This document shows, piece after piece, positions 8,456 through 17,166 of a stretch of 32,000 bases of DNA (positions within the stretch are counted from its first letter, which is position 1; each line of letters begins with the position of its first letter). The stretch spans positions 60,001-92,000 of the forward strand of contig NZ_JAHDSX010000002.1 of the NCBI RefSeq assembly GCF_020969955.1, read 5' to 3'. Both the position numbers and the translations under genes were made by a program. Origin of the DNA: Allobaculum fili (GTDB lineage Bacteria > Bacillota_I > Bacilli_A > Erysipelotrichales > Erysipelotrichaceae). The notes beneath the pieces were generated by a model. It searched no databases, was not told the origin of the DNA, and worked only from the letters and a program-made list of their open reading frames with translations.

Positions 8456-8699
8456 TCTCTGCTCTCCCCAAATAGTGGTGGAGTTATCAGACCATTGCGG
8501 ATAGTTCCACTCTATGAGGGATAGTCTCTGCTCTTACAGTGCTGAAAAAATGTCTGCTCTCCCCAAATAGTGGTGGAGTTTCCAGACTATCGCGGATAGT
8601 TCCACTCTATGAGGAATAGTCTCTGCTCTTACAGTGCTGAAAAAATCTCTGCTCTCCCCAATAGTGGTGGAGTTTCCAGACTATTGCGGATAGTTCCAC
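8456..8699. repeat. Non-coding direct tandem repeat, 95-bp unit, about 2.6 copies
   Basis: Units start at 8456, 8551 and 8646. Copies 1 and 2 differ at about 6 positions by manual alignment. Copy 3 has a 1-nt deletion and diverges after GGATAGTTCCAC. The unit carries internal sub-repeats (CTCTGCTCT twice, ATAGT three times). 95 is not a multiple of 3. Confidence 0.9.
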
Positions 8700-8758
8700 C
8701 ATAAGAGATATTTAGAATTTATACAGGTTTATTGAAATATTCGGAAGGAGAAAAGATC

Positions 8759-9076
8759 ATGCAAGCAACAGATCTGCAAGCCCTTCTTAAAGACTGTCCG
8801 TATCCCATCACCTGGCACCATTTCCAAAGCGAACAGCAGTTACCCTTCGCGGTGTGGAAAGAAGACGAATCGGAAAATATCACATCCGATCTTTCCATGT
8901 TTCGCCTGCGAGATACATTCACCATCGATTTCTACTACGAAAGCTGGAGCCAGAAAAAGGCATTTGAAGAATATCTCACCTCACTGCCTCTTCTCTGGCA
9001 AAGAAACACATCTGATCTTTGGATTTCTTTGGAGCAGATGTACCTGTCCAGCTATTCCATCGAGGTAACTGTATGA
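8759..9076 (+). CDS. Hypothetical head-tail joining / tail completion-type protein
   Basis: ATG 8759 lies after GGAAGGAG. 105 aa. The function is assigned from position only (between adaptor and gp10-like genes). Confidence 0.45.
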   Translation: MQATDLQALLKDCPYPITWHHFQSEQQLPFAVWKEDESENITSDLSMFRLRDTFTIDFYYESWSQKKAFEEYLTSLPLLWQRNTSDLWISLEQMYLSSYSIEVTV

Positions 9077-9468
9077 GTGCAACCATAGATACACTTCGTG
9101 ACTCCATCACTCTGGTGCTGGAAGACTGTGTTCGTCAGGCTAACAAAGCCAATGACGAAACCCTCGATCAGATCTCCAAAGAAGCACTGAATGTCGTTAA
9201 AGATAATGCTCCTGCCAGAGAAAACGGTGGGATCTACAAGAAGGGTTTGAAAAGAAAGAAAACCAAAGACGAAAGGGATGAACTCCAGTACACGCTCTAT
9301 GCCAGCGGAATGGAGTCATCCCTTTCTCATTTATTGGAAAATGGCCACTTAACCAGAAACGGAGAAACCATCGTTCCAGGAAAGCCCCATTTTGCCAAAG
9401 GACAGGAATATGCTGCCAAAGAAATCGAGGCAGCCTTCATCAAAAACTACAGAAAGGAGTCTGAGTAA
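9073..9468 (+). CDS. HK97 gp10-family tail/neck component
   Basis: ATGA overlap with the previous gene. Contains the motif ...SLSHLLENGHLTRNGETIVPGKPHFAKGQ..., typical of the gp10 family. Confidence 0.65.
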   Translation: MSATIDTLRDSITLVLEDCVRQANKANDETLDQISKEALNVVKDNAPARENGGIYKKGLKRKKTKDERDELQYTLYASGMESSLSHLLENGHLTRNGETIVPGKPHFAKGQEYAAKEIEAAFIKNYRKESE

Positions 9469-10037
9469 TGGAAGAAAGAATCGCACTGGGTTCCGGAAAG
9501 ATTTATCTCATTGAGCGGCCATCCACCCTGGAAACCGATCTTGAAAATCTCGACACTATGATCACGAAATACTGTGTGGCAGCTAATGAGTTTGGTGCTG
9601 TCAAGAACGGAGCCACGCTGACTTATACACCTACCAACTACACCGCCAGTGATGATCTGGGACGTTTCACCAAGACGATCGTCCAGGAAGAAGTCGTCAC
9701 TTTAGGCTGCGGCCTGATCACCATTGGAGCCAACATGCTTAAAGTGCTGGTGGACACCGCCAGAACCGAAGAGACTACGGCTAATAAGAAGGTCATCAAG
9801 ATTGGCGGTACAGCCAATGCGAAGAACGCCTCTTATCTCGTGATCTTCGAACACCTGGATGCTAAAGATGGAAACATCTATGTCATCATCGTCGGCCAGA
9901 ATACCGCTGAGCTGCAGTTTTCTTTCCAGCCAGGGGCTGAAACGATCCTGAATCCGACCTTCACTGCGGAAGGTCTGGATGAAGACGGCACCAAGCTGAT
10001 CATCGTGATGGATAAACCGGGAGGTGCTACTGAATGA
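9468..10037 (+). CDS. Major tail protein (siphovirus tube protein)
   Basis: 189 aa, beta-rich Thr/Gly/Ala composition. It lies immediately upstream of the chaperone pair and tape measure. No sheath gene is present. Confidence 0.75.
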   Translation: MEERIALGSGKIYLIERPSTLETDLENLDTMITKYCVAANEFGAVKNGATLTYTPTNYTASDDLGRFTKTIVQEEVVTLGCGLITIGANMLKVLVDTARTEETTANKKVIKIGGTANAKNASYLVIFEHLDAKDGNIYVIIVGQNTAELQFSFQPGAETILNPTFTAEGLDEDGTKLIIVMDKPGGATE

Positions 10038-10333
10038 AGTCCTTCAAATTTAAAAACGTCAAGAAAGTCACCTGGCCTGTTGAAATGCCAGATGGTACGC
10101 AGCTGACCATCCGTCAGCCCACTAAAGCGGATGCGGATGTGCTGCAGACGGTTCTCAATACAACCGATATCAGTGAAATCTATGCCGGAGTCACCTACAT
10201 TCTCAATTGCAATAAAGAAGGCATCGTGATCGAACAGAATGAACTGGAGGCACTCTTTGACTACCAGGATCTGACAGCCTTCCTGCAGGGCTATACCGAC
10301 TTCATTCAGGAAAGCTCCAACGCAAAAAACTAG
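10034..10333 (+). CDS. Tail assembly chaperone (gpG-like)
   Basis: 99 aa, acidic, located between the major tail and tape measure genes. It ends in the slippery sequence GCA AAA AAC TAG. Confidence 0.75.
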   Translation: MKSFKFKNVKKVTWPVEMPDGTQLTIRQPTKADADVLQTVLNTTDISEIYAGVTYILNCNKEGIVIEQNELEALFDYQDLTAFLQGYTDFIQESSNAKN

Positions 10334-10369
10334 AGCTGCCCTTCTATCCTGTCCAGGGCGAAGGGCAGC
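10324..10369 (+). promoter_or_regulatory. Programmed -1 ribosomal frameshift signal (slippery heptamer plus hairpin)
   Basis: A AAA AAC at 10324-10330 is in the zero frame of the G gene. Four nt downstream is a perfect 10-bp stem GCTGCCCTTC (10335-10344) / GAAGGGCAGC (10360-10369). The -1 frame is open from well upstream through to 10605. Confidence 0.75.
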
Positions 10370-10605
10370 CCTATGACATTGAAACATTCTATGAACATAT
10401 GGTCATGGAATACACCGGACTGAATTTCCATGAAATCGATCAACTGCTCTATGAAGAGTTTCTGCTTTATCGCAGGGACGCATACATCTATCAGATGCAG
10501 CAAACCGAGGATGGCAGAAAGTATTTGAGAAATTGCCTCCTGTATGAAAAGACAGAGCCGGATCGAGATTCCCTCTGGAAGCTGAAGGAGAAAGGAGTGA
10601 GATAA
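10330..10605 (+). CDS. -1 frame extension (gpT-like part) of the tail assembly chaperone, giving a G-T fusion of about 190 aa
   Basis: The -1 frame reads LELPFYPVQGEGQPYDIETFYEHMVMEYTG... to TAA at 10603-10605, overlapping the tape-measure ATG (TAATG). The annotated ATG at 10399 has no SD. Confidence 0.65.
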   Translation, partial: LELPFYPVQGEGQPYDIETFYEHMVMEYTGLNFHEIDQLLYEEFLLYRRDAYIYQMQQTEDGRKYLRNCLLYEKTEPDRDSLWKLKEKGVR

Positions 10606-13376
10606 TGGCTGGCAACATCAAAGGGATCACCCTTGAGATCAATGGTTCGACCACCAAACTGGTGGATGCCCTTAAAGCGCCCATCAAGCAATCCAAAGAG
10701 CTGCAGAGCTCTTTGAAAAACGTGAATGCGGCTTTGAAGCTCGATCCCAAAAATGTGGATCTGCTCAACCAGAAGCAGCAGCTGTTGTCCAAATCGATCG
10801 GCTCAACAAAGGAAGAGCTGGCTCTTTTAAAGGAAGCACAAAAACAATATGTCGCATCCGGTAAAGATCTGACAGGAACGGAATACACCGAGCTGGAGCG
10901 AAAAATCGCAGTCACTCAGCGAACGCTTGAGAATCTGGAAAACCAGCAGAATAACTTTAATGGCCGTGTTCAGGCCATGGGAATGAAACTGTCAGAGTTT
11001 GGCGAAAAGACAGAGAAAGTCGGAACCGCCATGCTTCCAGTCACGGCTGGTGTATCCGCTTTAGCAGCTGGTTCTGTTGCAGCATTTAATGAGATTGATG
11101 AAGGCTATGACATCATCATCACCAAGACCGGTGCGACGGGTGAAGCCGCTGAGTCTTTGCAGAAAAGCATGGATACTGTATTTGGCTCCCTTCCCACCAC
11201 CGCTGCAGATGCCGGAACTGCGATTGGAGAGGTCAACACCCGCTTTGGCCTGACCGGAGACTCTTTGGAGCAGCTCTCCTCGCAATTCATCCAGTTTGCG
11301 CAGATCAACGAAACAGACCTCAACGGAGCTATTGGTTCCGTTAATAAGAACTTGCAGGTCTTCGGATTGGGTGCGGAAGACGCTCAGGGTTATCTTGGCC
11401 TTTTGACCACACAGGCCCAGGCAACCGGCATCTCCGTCGATGATCTGATGAATTCTGTGCAGAAAAATGGCCCCGTCTTCAAGGAGATGGGGCTTTCCAT
11501 AGATGAATCGGTGAATTTACTCGCGCAGTTCGAAAAGAATGGCGTCAATGCCGATTCTGCTTTAGCTGGATTGAAAAAAGCGCAGCAAAACGCCACAGCT
11601 GAGGGAAAAACACTCTCCCAGTCTTTGGGCGAGACCATGCAGGCGATCAAAGGAGCAAGCAGCGAGACCGAGGCACTTCAAATCGCAACGGAGCTTTTTG
11701 GAAAGAAAGGCGCTCTCGAAATGACCCAGGCTATCCGTGAAGGCCGGTTCAGTGTGGATGATCTTTCCAGCGGTCTGGACGATTTCAAAGGCACTGTCAC
11801 AGATACTTTTGAAGGAACCCAGGATGCGCCGGATAAGCTGACCACTGCTATGAACAACCTGAAAATCGCAGGTAAAGAGATCGGTGAAACTCTGCTTACT
11901 GCATTGGCCCCAATGTTTGAAAAGCTGGTCAACGCTGCCAAAAGACTGGCAGAATGGTTCTCCAACCTTTCGGACGGCCAGAAGCAGATGATTCTTGTTG
12001 CAGGCGGTGTTGCCGCTGCGATTGGTCCTGTTTTAATCGCAATCGGAAAGATGAGCGCTGGCCTGTCAGCTCTCATAAAGTATTTCGGTTCTGCCGAAAC
12101 CATGGGCGGAAAACTCATCGCAGCCATTGGTGGAATCAGCGCTCCGGTAGTTGCAGTGGCTGCAGCAGTAGCCGCATTAGTCGCAGCGTTTGTTCACCTT
12201 TGGAATACCAATGAAGAATTCAGAAACAATATTATGGAGATCTGGAACTCTATCGTTGAAGCATTCCAGAACTTCTTTCAGGGGATCGTTGATCGACTGA
12301 ATGCTTTAGGCTTTCAATTCGAGGACATCACGGAGGTTTTGAAAACCCTCTGGGACGGTTTCTGTTCGTTCTTAGCTCCTGTGTTTAAGGGAGCGTTTCA
12401 GTTCATTGCTACGACTTTGGAAACTGTCCTCAATGTTTTGACCGGACTATTCGACGTTTTCTCCGGACTCTTTACAGGAAACTGGGATCTGGTTTGGCAA
12501 GGTGTGAAAGAAATCTTCGAGGGTGTCTGGAATGGAATCAAGGACTGGTTCGATAACATCCTCAATACGATGAAGGATATTCTTGATGTCGTCTGCGGTT
12601 GGTTTGGGACTACCTGGGAAGAAACCTGGAATGGCATCAAATCCTTCTTTGAAGGCATCTGGGATGGAATCTCCGGTTTCTTTTCCGGAGCGGTTGAAGG
12701 CATCAAAACAGCCGCTTCCAATGCCTGGAATTGGATTAGCGAGAAAACACAGTCCGTTTGGAATGGCATCAAGGACCACATCATCAACCCCATTTCCGAC
12801 GCATGGAATAAGGTAAGTGAGGTCTTTGGAAACATCTACAACTGGATCAAAGATAAGATTGAAGGAGCCAGGGACATCGTTTCTGGTGCGATTGATGCCA
12901 TCAAGGGATTCTTCAATTTCGAGTTCCACTGGCCCCATATTCCGCTCCCGCATTTCAGTATTTCTGGTTCGATCAATCCACTTGACTGGTTTGATGGTGG
13001 TCTTCCTTCCATTGGTATTGAGTGGTACGCTAAAGCCATGCCAAGCGGCATGATCCTTGATGGACCCAGTGTATTTGGAATGAGAGGAAACACACTTCTG
13101 GCTGGTGGTGAAGCAGGAAAAGAAGTCATCGTTGGTGCGAACTCCCTTATGGGGATGATCCATTCTGCTGTACAAAGCAGCATGATGACCCGATCTTTTG
13201 AACAGCCACAAGTTATGGAGATTGACTATTCTAGAATCGGTCAGGAGATGAAAAACGCTGTTCTAGAATTGAGCCTGGAAGCCAATCTTTCCATGGACGG
13301 TAGAACTCTTGCTAAACAGTTGGTGAAGCCGATTGATCAGGAATTTGCCAGATTGACGAGAGAAAAATTCAGATAA
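10605..13376 (+). CDS. Tape measure protein
   Basis: 923 aa. It has an N-terminal coiled coil, central hydrophobic segments (MILVAGGVAAAIGPVLIAIG, ISAPVVAVAAAVAALVAAF) and Trp/Phe-rich periodic motifs (WNGIKD..). It lies after the G/T chaperones. Confidence 0.92.
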   Translation: MAGNIKGITLEINGSTTKLVDALKAPIKQSKELQSSLKNVNAALKLDPKNVDLLNQKQQLLSKSIGSTKEELALLKEAQKQYVASGKDLTGTEYTELERKIAVTQRTLENLENQQNNFNGRVQAMGMKLSEFGEKTEKVGTAMLPVTAGVSALAAGSVAAFNEIDEGYDIIITKTGATGEAAESLQKSMDTVFGSLPTTAADAGTAIGEVNTRFGLTGDSLEQLSSQFIQFAQINETDLNGAIGSVNKNLQVFGLGAEDAQGYLGLLTTQAQATGISVDDLMNSVQKNGPVFKEMGLSIDESVNLLAQFEKNGVNADSALAGLKKAQQNATAEGKTLSQSLGETMQAIKGASSETEALQIATELFGKKGALEMTQAIREGRFSVDDLSSGLDDFKGTVTDTFEGTQDAPDKLTTAMNNLKIAGKEIGETLLTALAPMFEKLVNAAKRLAEWFSNLSDGQKQMILVAGGVAAAIGPVLIAIGKMSAGLSALIKYFGSAETMGGKLIAAIGGISAPVVAVAAAVAALVAAFVHLWNTNEEFRNNIMEIWNSIVEAFQNFFQGIVDRLNALGFQFEDITEVLKTLWDGFCSFLAPVFKGAFQFIATTLETVLNVLTGLFDVFSGLFTGNWDLVWQGVKEIFEGVWNGIKDWFDNILNTMKDILDVVCGWFGTTWEETWNGIKSFFEGIWDGISGFFSGAVEGIKTAASNAWNWISEKTQSVWNGIKDHIINPISDAWNKVSEVFGNIYNWIKDKIEGARDIVSGAIDAIKGFFNFEFHWPHIPLPHFSISGSINPLDWFDGGLPSIGIEWYAKAMPSGMILDGPSVFGMRGNTLLAGGEAGKEVIVGANSLMGMIHSAVQSSMMTRSFEQPQVMEIDYSRIGQEMKNAVLELSLEANLSMDGRTLAKQLVKPIDQEFARLTREKFR

Positions 13377-13379
13377 CCT

Positions 13380-13406
13380 CAGCCTAACCCGCTGGGCTTT
13401 TTTTAT
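13380..13406 (+). terminator. Weak terminator candidate after the tape measure gene
   Basis: A short GC stem (AGCC / GGCT, or CCC-GCT-GGG) is followed by a T7 run at 13398-13404. The stem is short, so confidence is low. Confidence 0.3.
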
Positions 13407-13420
13407 GAAAGGAGGCAGCC

Positions 13421-13852
13421 ATGAAACTTGGAGTCACATTCGACAATCTTTACCACACCTTCAAAGACTGGAAATTGCACTTCGCTGCTCTCCAGATCAA
13501 CGAACCGGAGGTACAAACCTATCAGCTGTCCATTCCAGGTCGTGATGGTGTTCTCGATCTGACGGATGCGCTTTATGGAAAGACAACTTACCTCAACCGT
13601 ACAATCACCATGAACTTCTGGACGGAATTTGACCAGAATGGCCATCTGCAATCCGAGCTGATGAACGCTCTGCACGGAAAGCGGATGGCTTTTATCTTGG
13701 ACAATGACCCGGAATATTGCTGGACAGGCCGTATCTCTGTCCATGTTCAGAAGAATTGTCCCGCCATTACCGAAGTGATGATAACCGCGGATTGCGAACC
13801 CTATAAACAACCAGTCACCAAACTGGGAGCCCCGCTGGAAAGGAGTCTTTGA
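13421..13852 (+). CDS. Distal tail protein (Dit-like, short form)
   Basis: AGGAGG RBS. The N-terminus ...FDNLYHTFKDWKLHF...IPGRDGVLDLTDALYGKTTYLNRTITMNF is typical of siphovirus tail-component proteins. It lies after the tape measure gene. Confidence 0.7.
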   Translation: MKLGVTFDNLYHTFKDWKLHFAALQINEPEVQTYQLSIPGRDGVLDLTDALYGKTTYLNRTITMNFWTEFDQNGHLQSELMNALHGKRMAFILDNDPEYCWTGRISVHVQKNCPAITEVMITADCEPYKQPVTKLGAPLERSL

Positions 13853-16722
13853 TGTTTACCGTTTATTCAAATTCTATTTGCCTCATGGACCCTTCCATAT
13901 CGCTGCTGCTGATTGATCCTGTATTAGACCTTGCCATGAATGAAGCTGGGTCTTTTTCTTTCTCCATTCCTTCTTCGCACCCGGCTTATGAAGCGATAGA
14001 ACATGGCATGCGGATTATCGTTTCCAAAGATGACGAGCCAATATTCTATGGACGCGTCAATCGCATCGAGACGGACTTCTACAAAACAAAGTCTGTAGAA
14101 GTCCAGGGTGAGCTGTCTTATCTGGCTGACACGATTCAGCGTCCAGCTGAATATCACGAAATGTCTGTTCGCGGTTTTATCCAAACCCTGCTAAACCATC
14201 ACAACGAACAGTCAGATGAAACCTTCGAGCTGGGCATGGTGAATATCACCGATCCGAATGACTCGCTCTATCGCCATACGAACTATGAAGACACGCTGTT
14301 TTGCTTGATGGATAAAGTCATCAATCGCCTGGGTGGGATTCTCCAGATTCGGCATGAGAACGATCACCGCTATCTGGACATCTTGAGCAGCTACCCCCGT
14401 GTTTGTGGACAGCAGATCCATTTCAGGGAAAACCTGATGGATTACGTCTGTAACAGCGAATCGACGGAACTGGCAACAGTTGTCATTCCTCTAGGTGCAA
14501 CTTTAGAAGACCGTCAGATTGAAGCCCTGGAAGAGAGAGTTTCCATTGCCGCCGTCAATAACCAGAAAGACTACCTGGAAGCACCAACAGCTATTGCCAA
14601 GTACGGACGAATCTGCAAAGTCGTCACATTCGAAGATATCCACACGCCTTCGCTACTGAAAACCAAAGGTCAGGAATGGCTGGAGCACAACCAGTACGAA
14701 GATCTGCAATTGGAGGTCAGCGCGGTCGATCTCTCGATGCTGGATGTGAATGTCGATGACTTCCGACTGCTTGATCGCATCCGGGTGCAGTCCGACTATC
14801 ATGAGATGAATGAAGTCTTCCCGCTGACCAGCATGACGATTCATCTGCTGCAGCCAGATCAGAATCTGTATCACCTTGGTGGAAAACCGGTCTCCTTTAC
14901 CAGCAGCTCCAGAGCCTCCCAGGTTTCCATCACCCAGAAAGTACAGGCGCTTAGAACACCAAACTCTCTGCTGGAAGAGGCGAAAGAACAGGCGACACAG
15001 CTTCTGACCACATTCGGCAAATACGGACATGTCGTTCAAGTCCAGGATGAGCAAGGACAGATTCAGGAAATCTGCATCATCGATACGGAAGATCTGGAAA
15101 CCGCTCAGAACGTCTGGCGATGGAACATGGGTGGTCTTGGCTTCTCGTCCAACGGCTATGCCGGGCCTTATCAGACAGCCATGACCATGGATGGAACCAT
15201 TGCCGGTAACATGGTCGCTGCAAATTCCATTGCAGCAGAAAAGCTCGACATCTCCTATCGAACGAGTGTCGAGCAGAATATCTCGGACAGTCTGGCTGCA
15301 GCCAAAGCAGATACATCCGAGAAGCTCAAAGCTTACTGGACACAGGTGGAGACAGAATCACGGATCACCAACGCCATGGACTCCATCAGTCTTTCCGTTT
15401 ATCAGCAGGCTAAGGACTATACAGATGGTCAGTTTCGAGAGCAGCTTGCTCAGTACTATTCCAAAAGCGAGATTGACCTGAAGACGGATTCAATTCAGCT
15501 GCAGGTTTATCAAGAGTACGCATTGCCAAACAACCTGCTTCCGTATACAGCGGATTGGGGCAGCACATACACCTGGAAACGGCATGCCAATTGTGCGGTC
15601 TCAACCAACTATGTAAGTGGAGCAAAGACGATGCAATTCGACGATTCCATCTCTGGAGATGTGGAGATCCTGACATCTCAGGGAATCAGCATTTCATTCA
15701 ATCAGAATCACTACTACACCTTCAGCGCCTACATACGAGGAGCACAACCCTCACCGGTAACCATTGAAATCCGTACTGGAAGAAAACTGCTGGAAGCTGT
15801 GAAAACAACCAACAGCAGCAGCACCATGACTCTTGAAGCAGATCAGACAACCGGTGTGATTGCCGCCACCATTAAACCGCCTTCCTATGATTACCGGATC
15901 TCGATCACTTTCCGCGTGGGGAGCAGCGCATCGCCCTCAACGTTCGGGATCACGCTCAAGAAGACTGGAGCACCTGGCACATCTAATTTCGTAACGTTCT
16001 CCCGTTTCAAACTGGAAGAAGGACAGAAAGCGACGGACTATCAGAAAAAGATGTCGGAATTGACCACCATGCAGGCATCAATTCTGATGAACTACGATTC
16101 CATCGTTTCGACCGTTTCCACCAAGGTTGGAACCAGCCAGATCGCTTCCTATATTCAACAGAATGCTGAAGCAGTTCGCATCGCCTGGAGCAATATTTCC
16201 AATTACATCGAATTCAGCGGCGGGACGATCAATATCTTCTCCGCCTCTTCAAAGACAGCTGCCAATCGGCTCATGCAGCTTGGTCAAAGCGGAATGACTT
16301 TCTGGCGTGACAGCTATAACCTGGGACGAATCGGTGTCAATTCTTTCACGGGCTATTCTTCAGCTCGAGGACTCGTATTCGATCTTGATCCTGATGGCGC
16401 TTATATGGCCTGGGCGGCTAAAGTCAGCAGCTCTGGAAATTATATTGTCCAGATGCTCTATGCAAATAAGAGCTTTGGTGATTATGTTCGTGATCATCTC
16501 TACTTCAGCTGTGAAGTAGACTTTTTCGACAATGCCGACTTTCATTACCACCACCTGAAAAACTGCAATCTGCAGCAGCCGGATATTGTCAACAGCAGCG
16601 GGTATTCCGGTTTTGGCAGCTGGTCATCTCCCACCAGCATCAAACTGCCAATTTCCATCAATTCAGATGGAACCGTTCAGGAGTGGTACAACTGCAAAAT
16701 CTCAGGAGGTGTGATCTATTGA
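13849..16722 (+). CDS. Tail-associated protein (Tal / prophage-tail minor structural protein) with C-terminal extension
   Basis: 957 aa with ATGA overlap with Dit. The N-terminal region resembles phage minor structural / prophage tail endopeptidase-family proteins. The C-terminal half contains a beta-sandwich-like, possibly carbohydrate-binding segment. Confidence 0.8.
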   Translation: MMFTVYSNSICLMDPSISLLLIDPVLDLAMNEAGSFSFSIPSSHPAYEAIEHGMRIIVSKDDEPIFYGRVNRIETDFYKTKSVEVQGELSYLADTIQRPAEYHEMSVRGFIQTLLNHHNEQSDETFELGMVNITDPNDSLYRHTNYEDTLFCLMDKVINRLGGILQIRHENDHRYLDILSSYPRVCGQQIHFRENLMDYVCNSESTELATVVIPLGATLEDRQIEALEERVSIAAVNNQKDYLEAPTAIAKYGRICKVVTFEDIHTPSLLKTKGQEWLEHNQYEDLQLEVSAVDLSMLDVNVDDFRLLDRIRVQSDYHEMNEVFPLTSMTIHLLQPDQNLYHLGGKPVSFTSSSRASQVSITQKVQALRTPNSLLEEAKEQATQLLTTFGKYGHVVQVQDEQGQIQEICIIDTEDLETAQNVWRWNMGGLGFSSNGYAGPYQTAMTMDGTIAGNMVAANSIAAEKLDISYRTSVEQNISDSLAAAKADTSEKLKAYWTQVETESRITNAMDSISLSVYQQAKDYTDGQFREQLAQYYSKSEIDLKTDSIQLQVYQEYALPNNLLPYTADWGSTYTWKRHANCAVSTNYVSGAKTMQFDDSISGDVEILTSQGISISFNQNHYYTFSAYIRGAQPSPVTIEIRTGRKLLEAVKTTNSSSTMTLEADQTTGVIAATIKPPSYDYRISITFRVGSSASPSTFGITLKKTGAPGTSNFVTFSRFKLEEGQKATDYQKKMSELTTMQASILMNYDSIVSTVSTKVGTSQIASYIQQNAEAVRIAWSNISNYIEFSGGTINIFSASSKTAANRLMQLGQSGMTFWRDSYNLGRIGVNSFTGYSSARGLVFDLDPDGAYMAWAAKVSSSGNYIVQMLYANKSFGDYVRDHLYFSCEVDFFDNADFHYHHLKNCNLQQPDIVNSSGYSGFGSWSSPTSIKLPISINSDGTVQEWYNCKISGGVIY

Positions 16723-16836
16723 GTGAATATATATTCCCGGCATGCAGCCAGGCGGATGAAGTCCAGCCAATGGACCATTCAGTTCAACAGCGGACGCAAT
16801 CTGTCGTGACACAAGAGGAACTGAAAGGAGCAACCG

Positions 16837-17166
16837 ATGAAATTAACCAACGCACAAATCTTCGACTTAGCCTGCTCGCTGGAAGGGCTGATGGAACAGA
16901 CACTTCCGGTGAAACTGGCGTTTCAGATCAGTCAGATCTTTTTGAGTCTTGAAAGTCTGAGACGTTCTATCGCTCTGGTCATTGAGAAATTGCCCAAAGG
17001 CGAAAATGGAGTTCCGGAAGAAGAGCCGTTCACGGAATTGCTGGCGATCGAAAATGAGGTGGCCATTGAGCCCATTGATTCTGAAGAGCTTTTTAAAGCG
17101 CTGGACACCATGACGCCAAAGCAAGCCATGGCATTGGTCCCTATTCTGAAAGGAGGTGGACAATGA
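16837..17166 (+). CDS. Hypothetical 109-aa protein in the baseplate/fibre region
   Basis: AAAGGAG lies 6 nt before ATG 16837. Its end overlaps the start of the next gene. No family recognised. Confidence 0.55.
   Translation: MKLTNAQIFDLACSLEGLMEQTLPVKLAFQISQIFLSLESLRRSIALVIEKLPKGENGVPEEEPFTELLAIENEVAIEPIDSEELFKALDTMTPKQAMALVPILKGGGQ

Noticed and set aside
8303-8605. Small ORFs across the repeat (73-aa ORF 8303-8524; micro-ORFs starting at the ATGAGG in each unit)
   Set aside because: They have no SD. The 73-aa ORF overlaps the adaptor gene out of frame. The reading frame changes from unit to unit because 95 is not divisible by 3. The peptides differ between copies.
8456-8699. The repeat array as a CRISPR array or solitary CRISPR repeats
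   Set aside because: The whole 95-bp unit is repeated head-to-tail with no unique spacers. The unit is far longer than a CRISPR repeat, and no cas genes or leader are present.
8456-9076. The repeat array plus the downstream 105-aa ORF as a type III (ToxIN-like) toxin-antitoxin locus
   Set aside because: No terminator lies between the repeats and the ORF. The unit is much longer than the known ToxI, CptI or TenpI repeats as I recall them. The downstream protein is short and sits exactly where a tail-completion gene is expected. It is kept only as a remote hypothesis in the finding.
10605-13376. Periodic Trp/Phe motifs (WNGIKD, WDGISGFF, NAWNWI, NIYNWIKD) in the tape measure as something novel
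   Set aside because: Such aromatic periodic repeats are a common feature of siphovirus tape measure proteins and are not unusual.
16683-16952. 89-aa ORF bridging the Tal gene end and the next gene
   Set aside because: It overlaps both the Tal 3' end and the SD-supported ORF at 16837. Its composition is poor and no RBS was found.
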